Source: an uncultured Nitrososphaerota archaeon
Lineage (GTDB): Archaea; Korarchaeota; Korarchaeia; Korarchaeales; Korarchaeaceae
Reading direction: 5' to 3'
Length of the DNA: 64,000 nucleotides
Assembly: GCA_964594835.1 (NCBI GenBank)
Contig: CAZQNA010000006.1
Coordinates: 64,001-128,000, forward strand
The number at the start of each line of letters is the position of its first letter. The stretch's first letter is position 1. Below are positions 26,768 through 35,753 of this stretch, in pieces. The position numbers and the translations under genes are program-made. The notes under the pieces were generated by a model. The model worked only from the letters and a program-made list of their open reading frames with translations. It ran no database searches and was not told where the DNA came from.

Positions 26768-29700
26768 CTACCTGCCCCTCAAAGCCGCGGCCAGTAGGAG
26801 GGCAGCCGCGAGCGCCGCGGCCACGGCAGAAACGAACAGCAGGGCTGGGCGGGACGTCTCCACGTACAGCCCACCCACGGCCGGTCCGGGGGGAGGGCCG
26901 TTGTTGTTAACGCCTACGCTGGTCACGTAGGGGTCCGCCCCGCACAGCCTGCTATCCGTGTCCACGGTGGGGGGTCCGGGCGCGGTGTCGGATGTCGACA
27001 GCTCCCAATCCGCGCCGCTGGTTGTGAACACGCCGTTCGGGGTGAGGGCCAAGCTCCATGCGTCGCCGGCCCCGCCCGGGGAGTTAGGACCTGCCCAGAA
27101 TAGCGCCCCCGGCGGCGGGTCCTCTATCCCCCCGTCCGACCCGTAGGCCACGTAGTCGACGAGCAGGCCGGACGAGTCGAACAGCCAGATGTCGTCTCCA
27201 ACGTTCCGGAGCCTGGCGCGTGTGCCGACGTAGAAGTTCGCCGCCGAGGGGGCGCTCCCCACCCCGGGATCCCCCAGCCAGACAACCGCGTAGCTGCCCG
27301 CGGAGAAGACTGAGCCCGGTGGGAACGTGAACTCGAAATTCCCGGGGGACTCGCTCCCGTCCGTCAGGGTCCACCCGCTGACGTCGACGGAAGAGGAGAA
27401 GTAGATCTCTATGAACTCGTCGTTGGTCGACGCAGTCAGCCCGGCGCCGCACTCGTTGTACAGGACCTCGTTTATGACCACCTCGCCGCGGTGAGGTGAC
27501 GGAGATCCGTAGGAGACGAGGGCGTACTGGTACCTGTCGGCCCCCGACCCCGGGGGAGACTCCCACGCCCCTCCAGACTCGGAGGCTGGATCGAACTCAC
27601 CATCCCACGAGTAGACCTCCGGAGGCCTGACGAACCCGTTCAGCGTGAAGGAGTGTGGGTTGTACCGGTAGGTCCCACTCGAGTTGATCTCCACCTCCCT
27701 AACCCTCCACCAGGTGGAGATGTTCTCGTAATCGAAGTCGGGCGGTCCGTACCTCCCCGCGGAGTCCCAGGCGCCCGAGGCGTAGTCGGCCACGTCGTCC
27801 CCGTCGTCTCCTCCGCGGAAGATCTCCACGGTCAGCCCGAGGACGGCGCCCCCTCCCGAGTCCCTCACCTGGACGTACCCGAGCCAGTCCAGCGCGGCCT
27901 GTCCCAGCCCGTTTCCCGACACCGTGTTGTTCCCAACGACCCAGCTCAGGTTTGCCCACGGGTTGTCGAGCACGTAGAGGCCGAGCCCCCCGTTGTCTTG
28001 AATCACGTTCCCCGAGATCCCCATCCCCCCGAACCCGAGGCCGAGCGACAGGACGTCGTCGGCGTGATCGTCCGGGTGCGAGGATTCGCCGTAGTAGGGC
28101 TCCACCCTCACGCCGTCCAGGTCGTTGTCGTGAATCGAGTTCCCCGAGACGTTCCCCGAGGAGCCGACCCAGTAGACCCCCCACAGCTCGTTGTCCCAGA
28201 CCTCGTTGCTTGCGTTCAGAACGAAGTTGGTGGTCCCGATGAGGATGACGCCGGCTCCCCTGTTGCCGGCCACCCTGTTGCCCTGCAGCAGGGTGGAGTC
28301 CGGGCCCTGAGCGGAACTCCCGTTCACCGGGAAGGGGTAGTGGATCTTGGGGGCGGCGTCGCACGCCACCGCGATGCCGGCTCCGTTCCCCAGCGACCTG
28401 TCAGCCAGGTAATTCCCCCACCGATCGAACGCCCCGACCCAGTTGCGGGAGACGTTGTTCCAGTCTGTCCCAGTTCCGTTAACGAAGATTCCCTCGTAAG
28501 CGTGTCCTCTGACGACGTTGCGGGCCACCAGGTTTCGGCTGGCGCCCCCCGTGATTATGATGCCCAGGCTCATGTTCACCGGGTCCGCCAAGATGTAGTT
28601 GTACAGGACCTCGTTTCCATCGCTCCCCTGGCCCTCGATCGCCAGATCCTGCCAGGCGTTGTATCCCAGCGTGTTGTTGCGGACCACGTTGTCGTGGGCG
28701 CCCGCGGCGAGCGTCACACCCCCATCCCCGTTGCCCCACGCGAGCCCCGAGGCGTCCACCCCCACCATGTTGTACGCGACCACGTTCCCCTCGGTGGAGG
28801 ACCCGGCTAGCAGGATGCCCTCGGCGCTGTTGTTCAGCACGAGGTTCCCGTCCCTCGCGGAGTCGGTTCGGTCAAGCCCGATGTAGTTGGCGAACGGCCC
28901 CCTCCCGCTCGTGGAGTTGGTCACGAGCGCGATCCCCGGCGAGAAGGACCTGGGGAGCCCGCTTTGATCGTACCCGTTTAGGGAGATGTTGTTTCCAAAG
29001 ATCTCCATTCCCTCAACCGCGCCCATGAGCAGCACGCCGCCGCCAGGTGCGGTAACCCCGTTGTGGACTATCAGATTCCCGACTATCAACCCCCGCCCCA
29101 CGGTGCCCGTCCCGTTGTCGGCCAGGGCGATCCCCCACACCCCGCTCCCCGCCACAGTGCTGTTCCTCACCTCAAGGCCGTACAGATCTGCCCCGTAGAG
29201 AAAGACCCCGGACAGCCCGCACTCGAGGATTTCAGCCCTCTCTACGGCCGGCCCGGTTATCTCTCCGCCGACCATGTCGTTTCCCACCAGCACTCCGTAC
29301 GTCCCGCAGTTGTGAAGCAGAGAGTCCCTCACCGTGACGTTGCTGGAGCGGATCGCGACACAGGCGGTGTCGGCGGTGACGTTTACCCCGAAGATCGTCA
29401 GGTTCCCGAAGTCTTGGGGGGCCCACCCGTACCTGGCGGAGAAGATCCCGACGTAGGAGTCGTACACCGTGAGGTTGGCGAGGATCACCTCGTCCTTTGC
29501 GAGGGTGACCAGGATGGCCTCTCCGGTGAACCCTCTGAGCGTCAGGTTTCTCACGATCGTCTGGCCCCACCAGACCGTTATCACAAGGCCGCTGGCGACG
29601 GCTCCCTGTCCGTCTATCACGACCTCTCCTGGGGCAGTGGCGCCGTCCAGCGTGACTGCCTCGGTGATCTGCGGCAGGGGCGACGAGAGGGCTATCGTTC

Positions 29701-29920
29701 CGGATACGGAGAAGGTGATCACATCGACCCCCGGGTTGCTGTTCGCGGCCTCTATGGCCTCTCTCAGCGTGCACTCGGTGGCGTCGCATCCGCCGGTTCC
29801 CGGATCGTTGAGACTGTTGACGGAGTAGGTGGCCCCCTCGACCCTCATGGCGGGGATTGCCAACGTAGCCACGAGCGCCAGGATCGCGATGGTAGCCGCC
29901 CTCCTGCCCAGATCCACCAT
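26768..29920 (-). CDS. Large cell-surface protein: CSLREA domain, parallel beta-helix repeats, lamin-tail-like domain, C-terminal anchor
   Basis: Signal peptide, CTLREAIEAAN, many N...GI repeats, VVINEV...EFIEI, and PAVGG-TM-RGR at the C-terminus. Confidence 0.85.
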   Translation of the reverse strand: MVDLGRRAATIAILALVATLAIPAMRVEGATYSVNSLNDPGTGGCDATECTLREAIEAANSNPGVDVITFSVSGTIALSSPLPQITEAVTLDGATAPGEVVIDGQGAVASGLVITVWWGQTIVRNLTLRGFTGEAILVTLAKDEVILANLTVYDSYVGIFSARYGWAPQDFGNLTIFGVNVTADTACVAIRSSNVTVRDSLLHNCGTYGVLVGNDMVGGEITGPAVERAEILECGLSGVFLYGADLYGLEVRNSTVAGSGVWGIALADNGTGTVGRGLIVGNLIVHNGVTAPGGGVLLMGAVEGMEIFGNNISLNGYDQSGLPRSFSPGIALVTNSTSGRGPFANYIGLDRTDSARDGNLVLNNSAEGILLAGSSTEGNVVAYNMVGVDASGLAWGNGDGGVTLAAGAHDNVVRNNTLGYNAWQDLAIEGQGSDGNEVLYNYILADPVNMSLGIIITGGASRNLVARNVVRGHAYEGIFVNGTGTDWNNVSRNWVGAFDRWGNYLADRSLGNGAGIAVACDAAPKIHYPFPVNGSSAQGPDSTLLQGNRVAGNRGAGVILIGTTNFVLNASNEVWDNELWGVYWVGSSGNVSGNSIHDNDLDGVRVEPYYGESSHPDDHADDVLSLGLGFGGMGISGNVIQDNGGLGLYVLDNPWANLSWVVGNNTVSGNGLGQAALDWLGYVQVRDSGGGAVLGLTVEIFRGGDDGDDVADYASGAWDSAGRYGPPDFDYENISTWWRVREVEINSSGTYRYNPHSFTLNGFVRPPEVYSWDGEFDPASESGGAWESPPGSGADRYQYALVSYGSPSPHRGEVVINEVLYNECGAGLTASTNDEFIEIYFSSSVDVSGWTLTDGSESPGNFEFTFPPGSVFSAGSYAVVWLGDPGVGSAPSAANFYVGTRARLRNVGDDIWLFDSSGLLVDYVAYGSDGGIEDPPPGALFWAGPNSPGGAGDAWSLALTPNGVFTTSGADWELSTSDTAPGPPTVDTDSRLCGADPYVTSVGVNNNGPPPGPAVGGLYVETSRPALLFVSAVAAALAAALLLAAALRGR

Positions 29921-29968
29921 GCCCAGTCGGGCTGGGATGCCCGTCAGGTTCTCTTTAAACATCTCACG

Positions 29969-30024
29969 GCCTCACGATCAAGGATCAGATCAGATGTCGC
30001 CTCACGATCAAGGATCAGATCAGA
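29969..30024. repeat. Two exact 26-bp direct repeats with 30-bp period
   Basis: GCCTCACGATCAAGGATCAGATCAGA at 29969-29994 and 29999-30024. Confidence 0.95.
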
Positions 30025-30056
30025 CCAGACCCCGGAAAAGCGAAGCTATATCACCG

Positions 30057-31940
30057 CTAGTCGAGCTGGAGCCTCTCAGGCCTCCCCCGGCGTCGTCTTC
30101 CCTTATCCTCAAGCAATCCGGGTATATACTCGGCGAGTGACTTTCTCCTCCTCCTGGCCAAGGCCTCCTCGATCGAGCTAGAGGTCACGACCTCGTAGAC
30201 CCTGGCGACCTTCCCGGGCCTGCCCCTGAGAACCCTGCCGACCCTCTGGGCCATCTGTCTCGGAGACCCGCTCCCGCTGGCTATGATGGCCACATCGGCG
30301 TCGGGCACGTCGATCCCCTCGTCCAGCACCCTGGTCGTCACTATCACGTCCAGGTCGCACCTCCTGAAGGCGTCGAAGATCTCGGCCCTCTCCCTGGTCT
30401 TCCCCACCATCAGGGCCGATCTGATGCCCCTCTTTTCAAGCTCCCCCTGAATGGCCTCGGCCTGATCCACGTACTCGCAGAACACCAGTATCTTGCGCCC
30501 CCCCTCCGACTCCACGATGGACGCCACGACGGGGATCTTTGCCCTCGCCCTCAGGGCGTGCCTCTTCATCACGGCCAGCCTCGCGTTCTCATCCCTTACC
30601 CTGGCCAGCTGGGCCATCATGGCCCTGCGCTCGTCGGGCTCCATCCTGACCCTGACCACCCTGTGCTCCAGCCTGGCGAGCACGCCCATATTTACAAGCT
30701 CCCTGTACCCCACCTTGTAAACCACGTCTCCCGAGGAGAGGAAGATCAGGTGCTCGTTTCCGTCGCTCCTCTCCGGCGTGGCGGACAGGCCCAGGCGGTA
30801 CTTGGCTCTGCTGGCGAAGGCGACCTTCCTGAACGTGCTAGCTGGCACGTGGTGGACCTCGTCGAAGATCACGAGGCCGAAGAGGTTCCTCAGCCTGTCG
30901 ATGTGCTTGGCGACCGAGTTGTATATCCCGACCACGACGCCGGGCGACAGGTCCTTCTCCCTCCCGCTGAACTCCCCCGTAGTAACTCCCAGCTTGGACT
31001 CGATGAGTTCCCTCCACTGCGTGGCTAGCTCTGCCGTGACCACACAGACAAGCGTCCTCTGCCTCGTCCTGGCGATGGCCTCTAGCCCGACGAAGGTCTT
31101 CCCTCCCCCCGTGGGGATCACAACGGTGCCGAACCTCTCGGCCCTCTCCCACCTATCTACGGCCTCCCTCTGGAAGGGGTAGAGCTCGTAATCCCTGCTC
31201 GGAACTTCGATTGGTTGGGATGGCCACGAGACGTCCTCTTCAAACTCCAGCCCCTCGAAGCTGGCGAACCTCTTGAGGTGGTGGTACATGAATGGGGGGA
31301 CCACGTGGGCCAGCCTGCCCACCCGCCTCGCCAGCCTCATCCTCCTGGTCTCGAGACCCCGCCTGGTCTGGACGTTGACGCTCACGGTGAAGAGATCCTC
31401 CAGCCTCGAGAGCTGGTCTGGGGTGAGGCCCCCGGCCTCCAGGAGGATTCCCTCCTCGTGGTCCCGCACCGTCAACCTCCCCGGACCCCGGACCCTGGAG
31501 GCCGCCAGCCTGACGAGGTCCTCCCTCCAGTACCCGCCCACGGATCTCGCCAGCCTGAGCGCGCCGTCGATCCCCTCTGAGGACACGATCGCCGCGAGCT
31601 CGTCGGGATCGACGACGAGATAGTCCCCCTCCCTCCTGAAGGGGCGGACACGCCCATCTCCCGGGAGGAAGACGGCCAGCACCCCTCTCTCCGCCATCTC
31701 CCTCAGCCTGCCGTCCACCGACGACCTGAAGACCTCGACGACCTCCCTCACCGCGTCCTCCGGCACCCCGATCCTCCTGAGGACGTCCCACCCTCTGGAC
31801 AGCGCAAGCCCGGGATCCAAGACCCACGCCTTCTCCCCGGGGTCGAACCTGCAGATCTCCCTGATCAGCCCCAGGACCTCTTCGAACTCGTCGTCCCCAA
31901 GGCTCTTCACGAAGCTCTTCGATCCTACCCTGACCCTCAA
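30057..31940 (-). CDS. XPB/Rad25-like superfamily 2 helicase with N-terminal extension (start uncertain)
   Basis: LYPFQ, PTGGGKT, DEVH, LSATPER, DEGID and QRVGRVLR motifs. Confidence 0.88.
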   Translation of the reverse strand: MRVRVGSKSFVKSLGDDEFEEVLGLIREICRFDPGEKAWVLDPGLALSRGWDVLRRIGVPEDAVREVVEVFRSSVDGRLREMAERGVLAVFLPGDGRVRPFRREGDYLVVDPDELAAIVSSEGIDGALRLARSVGGYWREDLVRLAASRVRGPGRLTVRDHEEGILLEAGGLTPDQLSRLEDLFTVSVNVQTRRGLETRRMRLARRVGRLAHVVPPFMYHHLKRFASFEGLEFEEDVSWPSQPIEVPSRDYELYPFQREAVDRWERAERFGTVVIPTGGGKTFVGLEAIARTRQRTLVCVVTAELATQWRELIESKLGVTTGEFSGREKDLSPGVVVGIYNSVAKHIDRLRNLFGLVIFDEVHHVPASTFRKVAFASRAKYRLGLSATPERSDGNEHLIFLSSGDVVYKVGYRELVNMGVLARLEHRVVRVRMEPDERRAMMAQLARVRDENARLAVMKRHALRARAKIPVVASIVESEGGRKILVFCEYVDQAEAIQGELEKRGIRSALMVGKTRERAEIFDAFRRCDLDVIVTTRVLDEGIDVPDADVAIIASGSGSPRQMAQRVGRVLRGRPGKVARVYEVVTSSSIEEALARRRRKSLAEYIPGLLEDKGRRRRGRPERLQLD

Positions 31941-32054
31941 CCTCCGTACCGGCTGCCGCCCCAGAATAAAACTCGCGGCTCCGGGCCCGGAACTCGGCGT
32001 GTTGTTCAAAAATATTGACAGTAAAACGATAGAAAAAAATTAAATTCAGTCCGA

Positions 32055-32180
32055 ATGCCGTAGGAAGCGAGCCCCAGTTAGGGGTCTCGCTTAGTCGAGG
32101 GCCAAGAGGTGTGCCCTGGGGGTGTGGCCCTCCGGGTGACGTCCCCTCCGGGCGCGCCCGGGTGAGCGGCCCTAGGACAT
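32055..32180 (+). ncRNA. Candidate structured RNA or 5' leader
   Basis: Three adjacent hairpins (32065-32092, 32097-32132, 32133-32160) and a possible closing stem, just downstream of an A-run/TTAAAT promoter. No known family recognised. Confidence 0.35.
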
Positions 32181-32216
32181 GCTTCTTCTGGCCTGTGCGA
32201 CCGAGGTGAGGCTCCG

Positions 32217-33155
32217 TTGGGTTCACCTGATGAGCGGATCAGGAGGCTCGAGGAGTTGAGGAGGAGCGGGAAGATAAGCGAGGAGCTCTACAGGGAGCTG
32301 AGGGCCAAGTACGAGGCCGAGGCTACTGGACTGGCTCGAAGGGTCTCGGAGAGGAGGGAAAAGGGCGCCAAGGAGAGGGGAACGTCCCTGGGCAAGCTGA
32401 TCCCGGCCGTCGTCCTCGTGTTGCTCGTCGTGGGCGGGGCCATGTACGCGCTTCGGGGGAGGTCCGGCCTGGCGGGGGGAGGGCCGACTCCAACATCAAC
32501 GGGGGCGGGGGAGATCCCCCCAGAGTCGAGTCCAACGTCGCCCCCGGGCCCCGGAGGTCAGGCCGGCGGCGGAGCTGGGGCTGGGGCGGTCACGTTTGAG
32601 CAGGCCCTGGGGACGGCCGCCTCGGCGGCCCGCTCCTGGTGCCCTGACTCGTACCCGATCGAGGGCACCCTGCCCTGGATGGGCAGGGATTCAACCCTCC
32701 CCGGGTTCAGGGGGCTGGCCTCCGAGTGGGCGTTCAGGTTCTTCTGTCCCGGATCCAGAAAGACGGCCACGTTCCGGTACGTCTCGGGGTCGGTGGAGCA
32801 GGAGGAGATACTCGGTGAGCGCGAGTTCGAGTGGTCCCCCGACTTCACGCCTCAGCCGCTGAGCCCGATGGTGAGCGGCACCTCGGCCTTCGCCATCGCC
32901 TACACGTCGGGCGGTCGTCAGTTCGTCCAGGATCACCTGGGCGAGACGGTCTACGTCTTCATGGCAGTTGCCGGCTCTGACGTGGGGCGCTACTACGGTT
33001 GGAGCAACCTATACGGATGGCCCGGCGAGGTCAGCTCTGAGGAGGCGTGGGTAGTGATCTTCGCGCTCGGGGGAGGGGGCGAGGCCTACGGGGTTTGCCT
33101 GGACGCGGACACGGGTGAGGTGCTGGCTGCCGAGGGCTTCACCCCGGGAGGGTAG
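32217..33155 (+). CDS. Single-pass membrane protein: N-terminal GKISEELY helical (SHOCT-like) module, TM, Pro/Gly linker, PepSY-like extracellular domain
   Basis: GAGGTGA SD and TTG start; C-terminal AWVVIF...LDADTGEVL. Confidence 0.75.
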   Translation: MGSPDERIRRLEELRRSGKISEELYRELRAKYEAEATGLARRVSERREKGAKERGTSLGKLIPAVVLVLLVVGGAMYALRGRSGLAGGGPTPTSTGAGEIPPESSPTSPPGPGGQAGGGAGAGAVTFEQALGTAASAARSWCPDSYPIEGTLPWMGRDSTLPGFRGLASEWAFRFFCPGSRKTATFRYVSGSVEQEEILGEREFEWSPDFTPQPLSPMVSGTSAFAIAYTSGGRQFVQDHLGETVYVFMAVAGSDVGRYYGWSNLYGWPGEVSSEEAWVVIFALGGGGEAYGVCLDADTGEVLAAEGFTPGG

Positions 33156-33163
33156 GTGGTGAG

Positions 33164-34069
33164 ATGAGTTCTCCCGAGGAGAGGCTGAGGAAGCTGGAGG
33201 AGGCCCTCCTGGAGGGTAGAATAAGCGAGGAGACCTACAGGGAGCTGAGGGCCAAGTACGAGGCCGAGGCCAGGGCGGCTGGAAGACCAGCCCGCCCACC
33301 CGCCCCGGCTCGCCAGCGGGGGAGGAGCGGGAAGTGGCTAGCGGCGGCCTTGGGGGTCCTGATCCTGCTGGCGGCAGCTGGTCTTTGGTTCTGGGTCGTC
33401 CCGCATTGGCAGGGTCAGACTAGCCCTCTCCCAACCACCCCCGCCCCTCCGCCGGGCGGGGGTGGAGGTGGAGGTGGAGGTGGAGGCGGGGGCGGGCCGA
33501 GCCCCCCCATTACGACCACGACGCCGCCTGCATCGTCAGGTCGACCCCAAGAGGGCGTCCCCGCGGTGAGGCCGGGGTGGGCGACCTACAGGCTGACCCA
33601 GGCTGGGCAGGGGGCGGTCACGGTCACGTTCAGGATCTCCGGCCCGGAGCCCAAGGAGGGGAGGTCTTGCTGGAGGTACGTGACCCAGACGTGCCCCGAG
33701 GGACTATGCGACGTGATGTACAGCGAGACTGTCGTGTGGCTCGACGAGAACACCCTGGAGCCCGTGTACTGGGAGATGAACGTCTACCAGGGTGAGAACA
33801 GGGTGGTCCACCAGGAGGGCGCCGGGGGTCCCTCGGGCAAGCAGGTCTACGACCCCTCCAGGGTCCCGAGGGAGGCCACCTACCTGGGGAGGGAGTCCGT
33901 GACGGTTCCCGCCGGGACGTTCACCTGCGACAAGTTCTCCGTGTCGAAAGACGGTGTCACCACGACCATCTGGGTCAGCGACGAGGTCCCCTCGATCGGG
34001 ATAGTGAGGCTCGCCACTGAGGTGGAGGGCATCGAGTCAGAGATGGTGCTCGTGGACTACGGCCACTGA
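33164..34069 (+). CDS. Single-pass membrane protein: GRISEETY module, TM, poly-Gly linker, VPAGTF-type beta domain
   Basis: 14 consecutive Gly codons at 33455-33496; ESVTVPAGTFTCDKF motif. Confidence 0.8.
   Translation: MSSPEERLRKLEEALLEGRISEETYRELRAKYEAEARAAGRPARPPAPARQRGRSGKWLAAALGVLILLAAAGLWFWVVPHWQGQTSPLPTTPAPPPGGGGGGGGGGGGGGPSPPITTTTPPASSGRPQEGVPAVRPGWATYRLTQAGQGAVTVTFRISGPEPKEGRSCWRYVTQTCPEGLCDVMYSETVVWLDENTLEPVYWEMNVYQGENRVVHQEGAGGPSGKQVYDPSRVPREATYLGRESVTVPAGTFTCDKFSVSKDGVTTTIWVSDEVPSIGIVRLATEVEGIESEMVLVDYGH
33165..33295 (+). repeat. Left arm of a perfect 131-bp inverted repeat
   Basis: Base-by-base identical to the reverse complement of 35443-35573. Confidence 0.95.
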
Positions 34070-34139
34070 GGGTTCGCAGGGGGGCGACCCCCTGAGCAGC
34101 CGGTGTGTTAGATCACGCCATTCTGTAAAATTTATTTCC

Positions 34140-34153
34140 AAAAAAGTTATAAT
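34140..34153 (+). promoter_or_regulatory. BRE/TATA promoter (aaaaagTTATAA), probably giving a leaderless mRNA
   Basis: TATA lies about 25-30 nt upstream of the ATG at 34177. Confidence 0.65.
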
Positions 34154-34176
34154 ACACTCCTAAAACGAAACGAGCA

Positions 34177-34830
34177 ATGGAGAGAGTGGATAGAGAGGCC
34201 CAGATAAGGCGGAAGATGAAGGAGCTCAAGAGGCTCCGGAAGTCCGGGGAGATATCGGAGCCCACCTACCGCAAGATGATGGCCGAGCTGGAGGCGGAGC
34301 TCAGGGAGGCGAAAGAGGCGAAGAGAAAGAGGGGCAGGGAGGCTGCAAAGGCCGGGCGGCGGGGGGTTCAGCTCCCCTCTCTGCCGGGTCTTCCCTCCAG
34401 GGCACCCCGGAGGCGAGCGAGCTGGGTGCCACCCGTCCTCGGGGCCGTATTTGGCCTCCTCACGCTGGCGATCGCCTCGATCTACAGGCCAAGCGCGCTG
34501 GGCAGCTTCTCCGGACTCTTCATCCTGCCTGCCGCCGCGGGATTCGCCTGCGGCGTCCCCTGCTCGCTGGGCGGGGGCGGCCTTCGCGAGGCCTCCTACG
34601 CAGTCCTGGGCTCCCTGCTGGCCTACTCCCTGCTGTCGGCCGGGGCCCTGAAGACCTCGGCCGCTTGGGCCGGGGCCCTGGCCTCCACGCTCCTCACTCC
34701 AGAGGCCTCTGGCGATCCCCTCAGGCTGTCGGTCTCGGCATTCCTCTGTCTCCTCGCGCCGGCGTTCATCGGCGGGTACGCCGCCACGAAGGCCATCCCG
34801 AGGAGGGGGAGGCGATCCTCATGGGTCTGA
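34177..34830 (+). CDS. Membrane protein: N-terminal GEISEPTY module plus about 4 TM helices
   Basis: ELKRLRKSGEISEPTYRKMMAELE followed by hydrophobic segments. Confidence 0.78.
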   Translation: MERVDREAQIRRKMKELKRLRKSGEISEPTYRKMMAELEAELREAKEAKRKRGREAAKAGRRGVQLPSLPGLPSRAPRRRASWVPPVLGAVFGLLTLAIASIYRPSALGSFSGLFILPAAAGFACGVPCSLGGGGLREASYAVLGSLLAYSLLSAGALKTSAAWAGALASTLLTPEASGDPLRLSVSAFLCLLAPAFIGGYAATKAIPRRGRRSSWV

Positions 34831-35174
34831 TTGACGTCCTGATCAGGGGTGTGGTGCTGACCGACGCCCTGATTCGGAACCTGATGATGAGGGATACCCT
34901 GCCGATACACGCCTCTCTGGACTTTGGACTGGCCACGCTCGGGCTAGTGGGGCTCCTCTACCTCACCAACCTGAGGAAGAGGGCCGGCTTCTGGCTGGGG
35001 GTATTCGGACTCGGGGCCACGAGCTTCGTCTTCAGGAGCAAGATAGCAGGCGGGCTGCTCTCGCTTCTCTTCCTGAAGAGGTTCTGGAAGACCTTCCTGA
35101 TACTTGTCCTGTCCCTCCTCCTCATATATCAGGGAGTCGGGGACCTAGCCCTGATGTCCGTCGGCCTGCGCTGA
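34821..35174 (+). CDS. Small hypothetical membrane protein
   Basis: ATG at 34821 after GGAGG, overlapping the upstream stop; hydrophobic. Confidence 0.7.
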   Translation: MGLIDVLIRGVVLTDALIRNLMMRDTLPIHASLDFGLATLGLVGLLYLTNLRKRAGFWLGVFGLGATSFVFRSKIAGGLLSLLFLKRFWKTFLILVLSLLLIYQGVGDLALMSVGLR

Positions 35175-35199
35175 CCCCCTCACATTCCTCTCAGGCCGC

Positions 35200-35574
35200 T
35201 CAGGCGGACTCCAGCCTCCGTCTCTCCGCCTCCAGCTGCCTCATGTCAGAGATCAGCGACTTGAGCTCGGGATCCGTGGGCTCATACTCGCCGCTCTCTA
35301 TCAGCCTGAATACCCTCCACCCGATCTTCTGCGCGACCTTGTCCATCTTTCCCTCGATCAGCTTGATCTCGGCCTTGGCCTTGGCGCTCTCGAGGCTCTC
35401 CTTTATCTTATCCAGAACCCCTCCCTCCTCGCCCTCCTCCTTGCGGGCTGGTCTTCCAGCCGCCCTGGCCTCGGCCTCGTACTTGGCCCTCAGCTCCCTG
35501 TAGGTCTCCTCGCTTATTCTACCCTCCAGGAGGGCCTCCTCCAGCTTCCTCAGCCTCTCCTCGGGAGAACTCAA
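35200..35574 (-). CDS. Soluble coiled-coil protein whose first 44 aa are identical to those of the 33164 protein
   Basis: TTG start; MSSPEERLRKLEEALLEGRISEETYRELRAKYEAEARAAGRPAR. Confidence 0.78.
   Translation of the reverse strand: MSSPEERLRKLEEALLEGRISEETYRELRAKYEAEARAAGRPARKEEGEEGGVLDKIKESLESAKAKAEIKLIEGKMDKVAQKIGWRVFRLIESGEYEPTDPELKSLISDMRQLEAERRRLESA
35443..35573 (-). repeat. Right arm of the perfect 131-bp inverted repeat
   Basis: Reverse complement of 33165-33295. Confidence 0.95.
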
Positions 35575-35753
35575 CGCGGGAGCACCTTAGAGGTTCATCC
35601 GGCCTCTCTTTTTACCCTTTCCAACCCCATAACCGCTCTCGGTCACTACGCGTTAAATCTGTTGACGGTCCTCTCGCCATCCAGACCGCCCGAGCGCCGG
35701 CTCGGCCGCCGCAACGTTAATGGCCTGTCCGGGCCGTCCCCTTGGGCGGTACG

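Noticed and set aside
29969-30024. Mini CRISPR array
   Set aside because: Only two copies with a 4-nt gap, no spacer-sized unique sequence, and no cas genes.
33455-33496. (GGTGGA)4 / poly-Gly tract as a phase-variable on/off switch
   Set aside because: The unit is a multiple of three, so slippage only changes linker length.
33165-35573. Inverted repeats as transposon terminal repeats
   Set aside because: The arms are coding 5' ends of genes, with no transposase inside and no target-site duplication seen.
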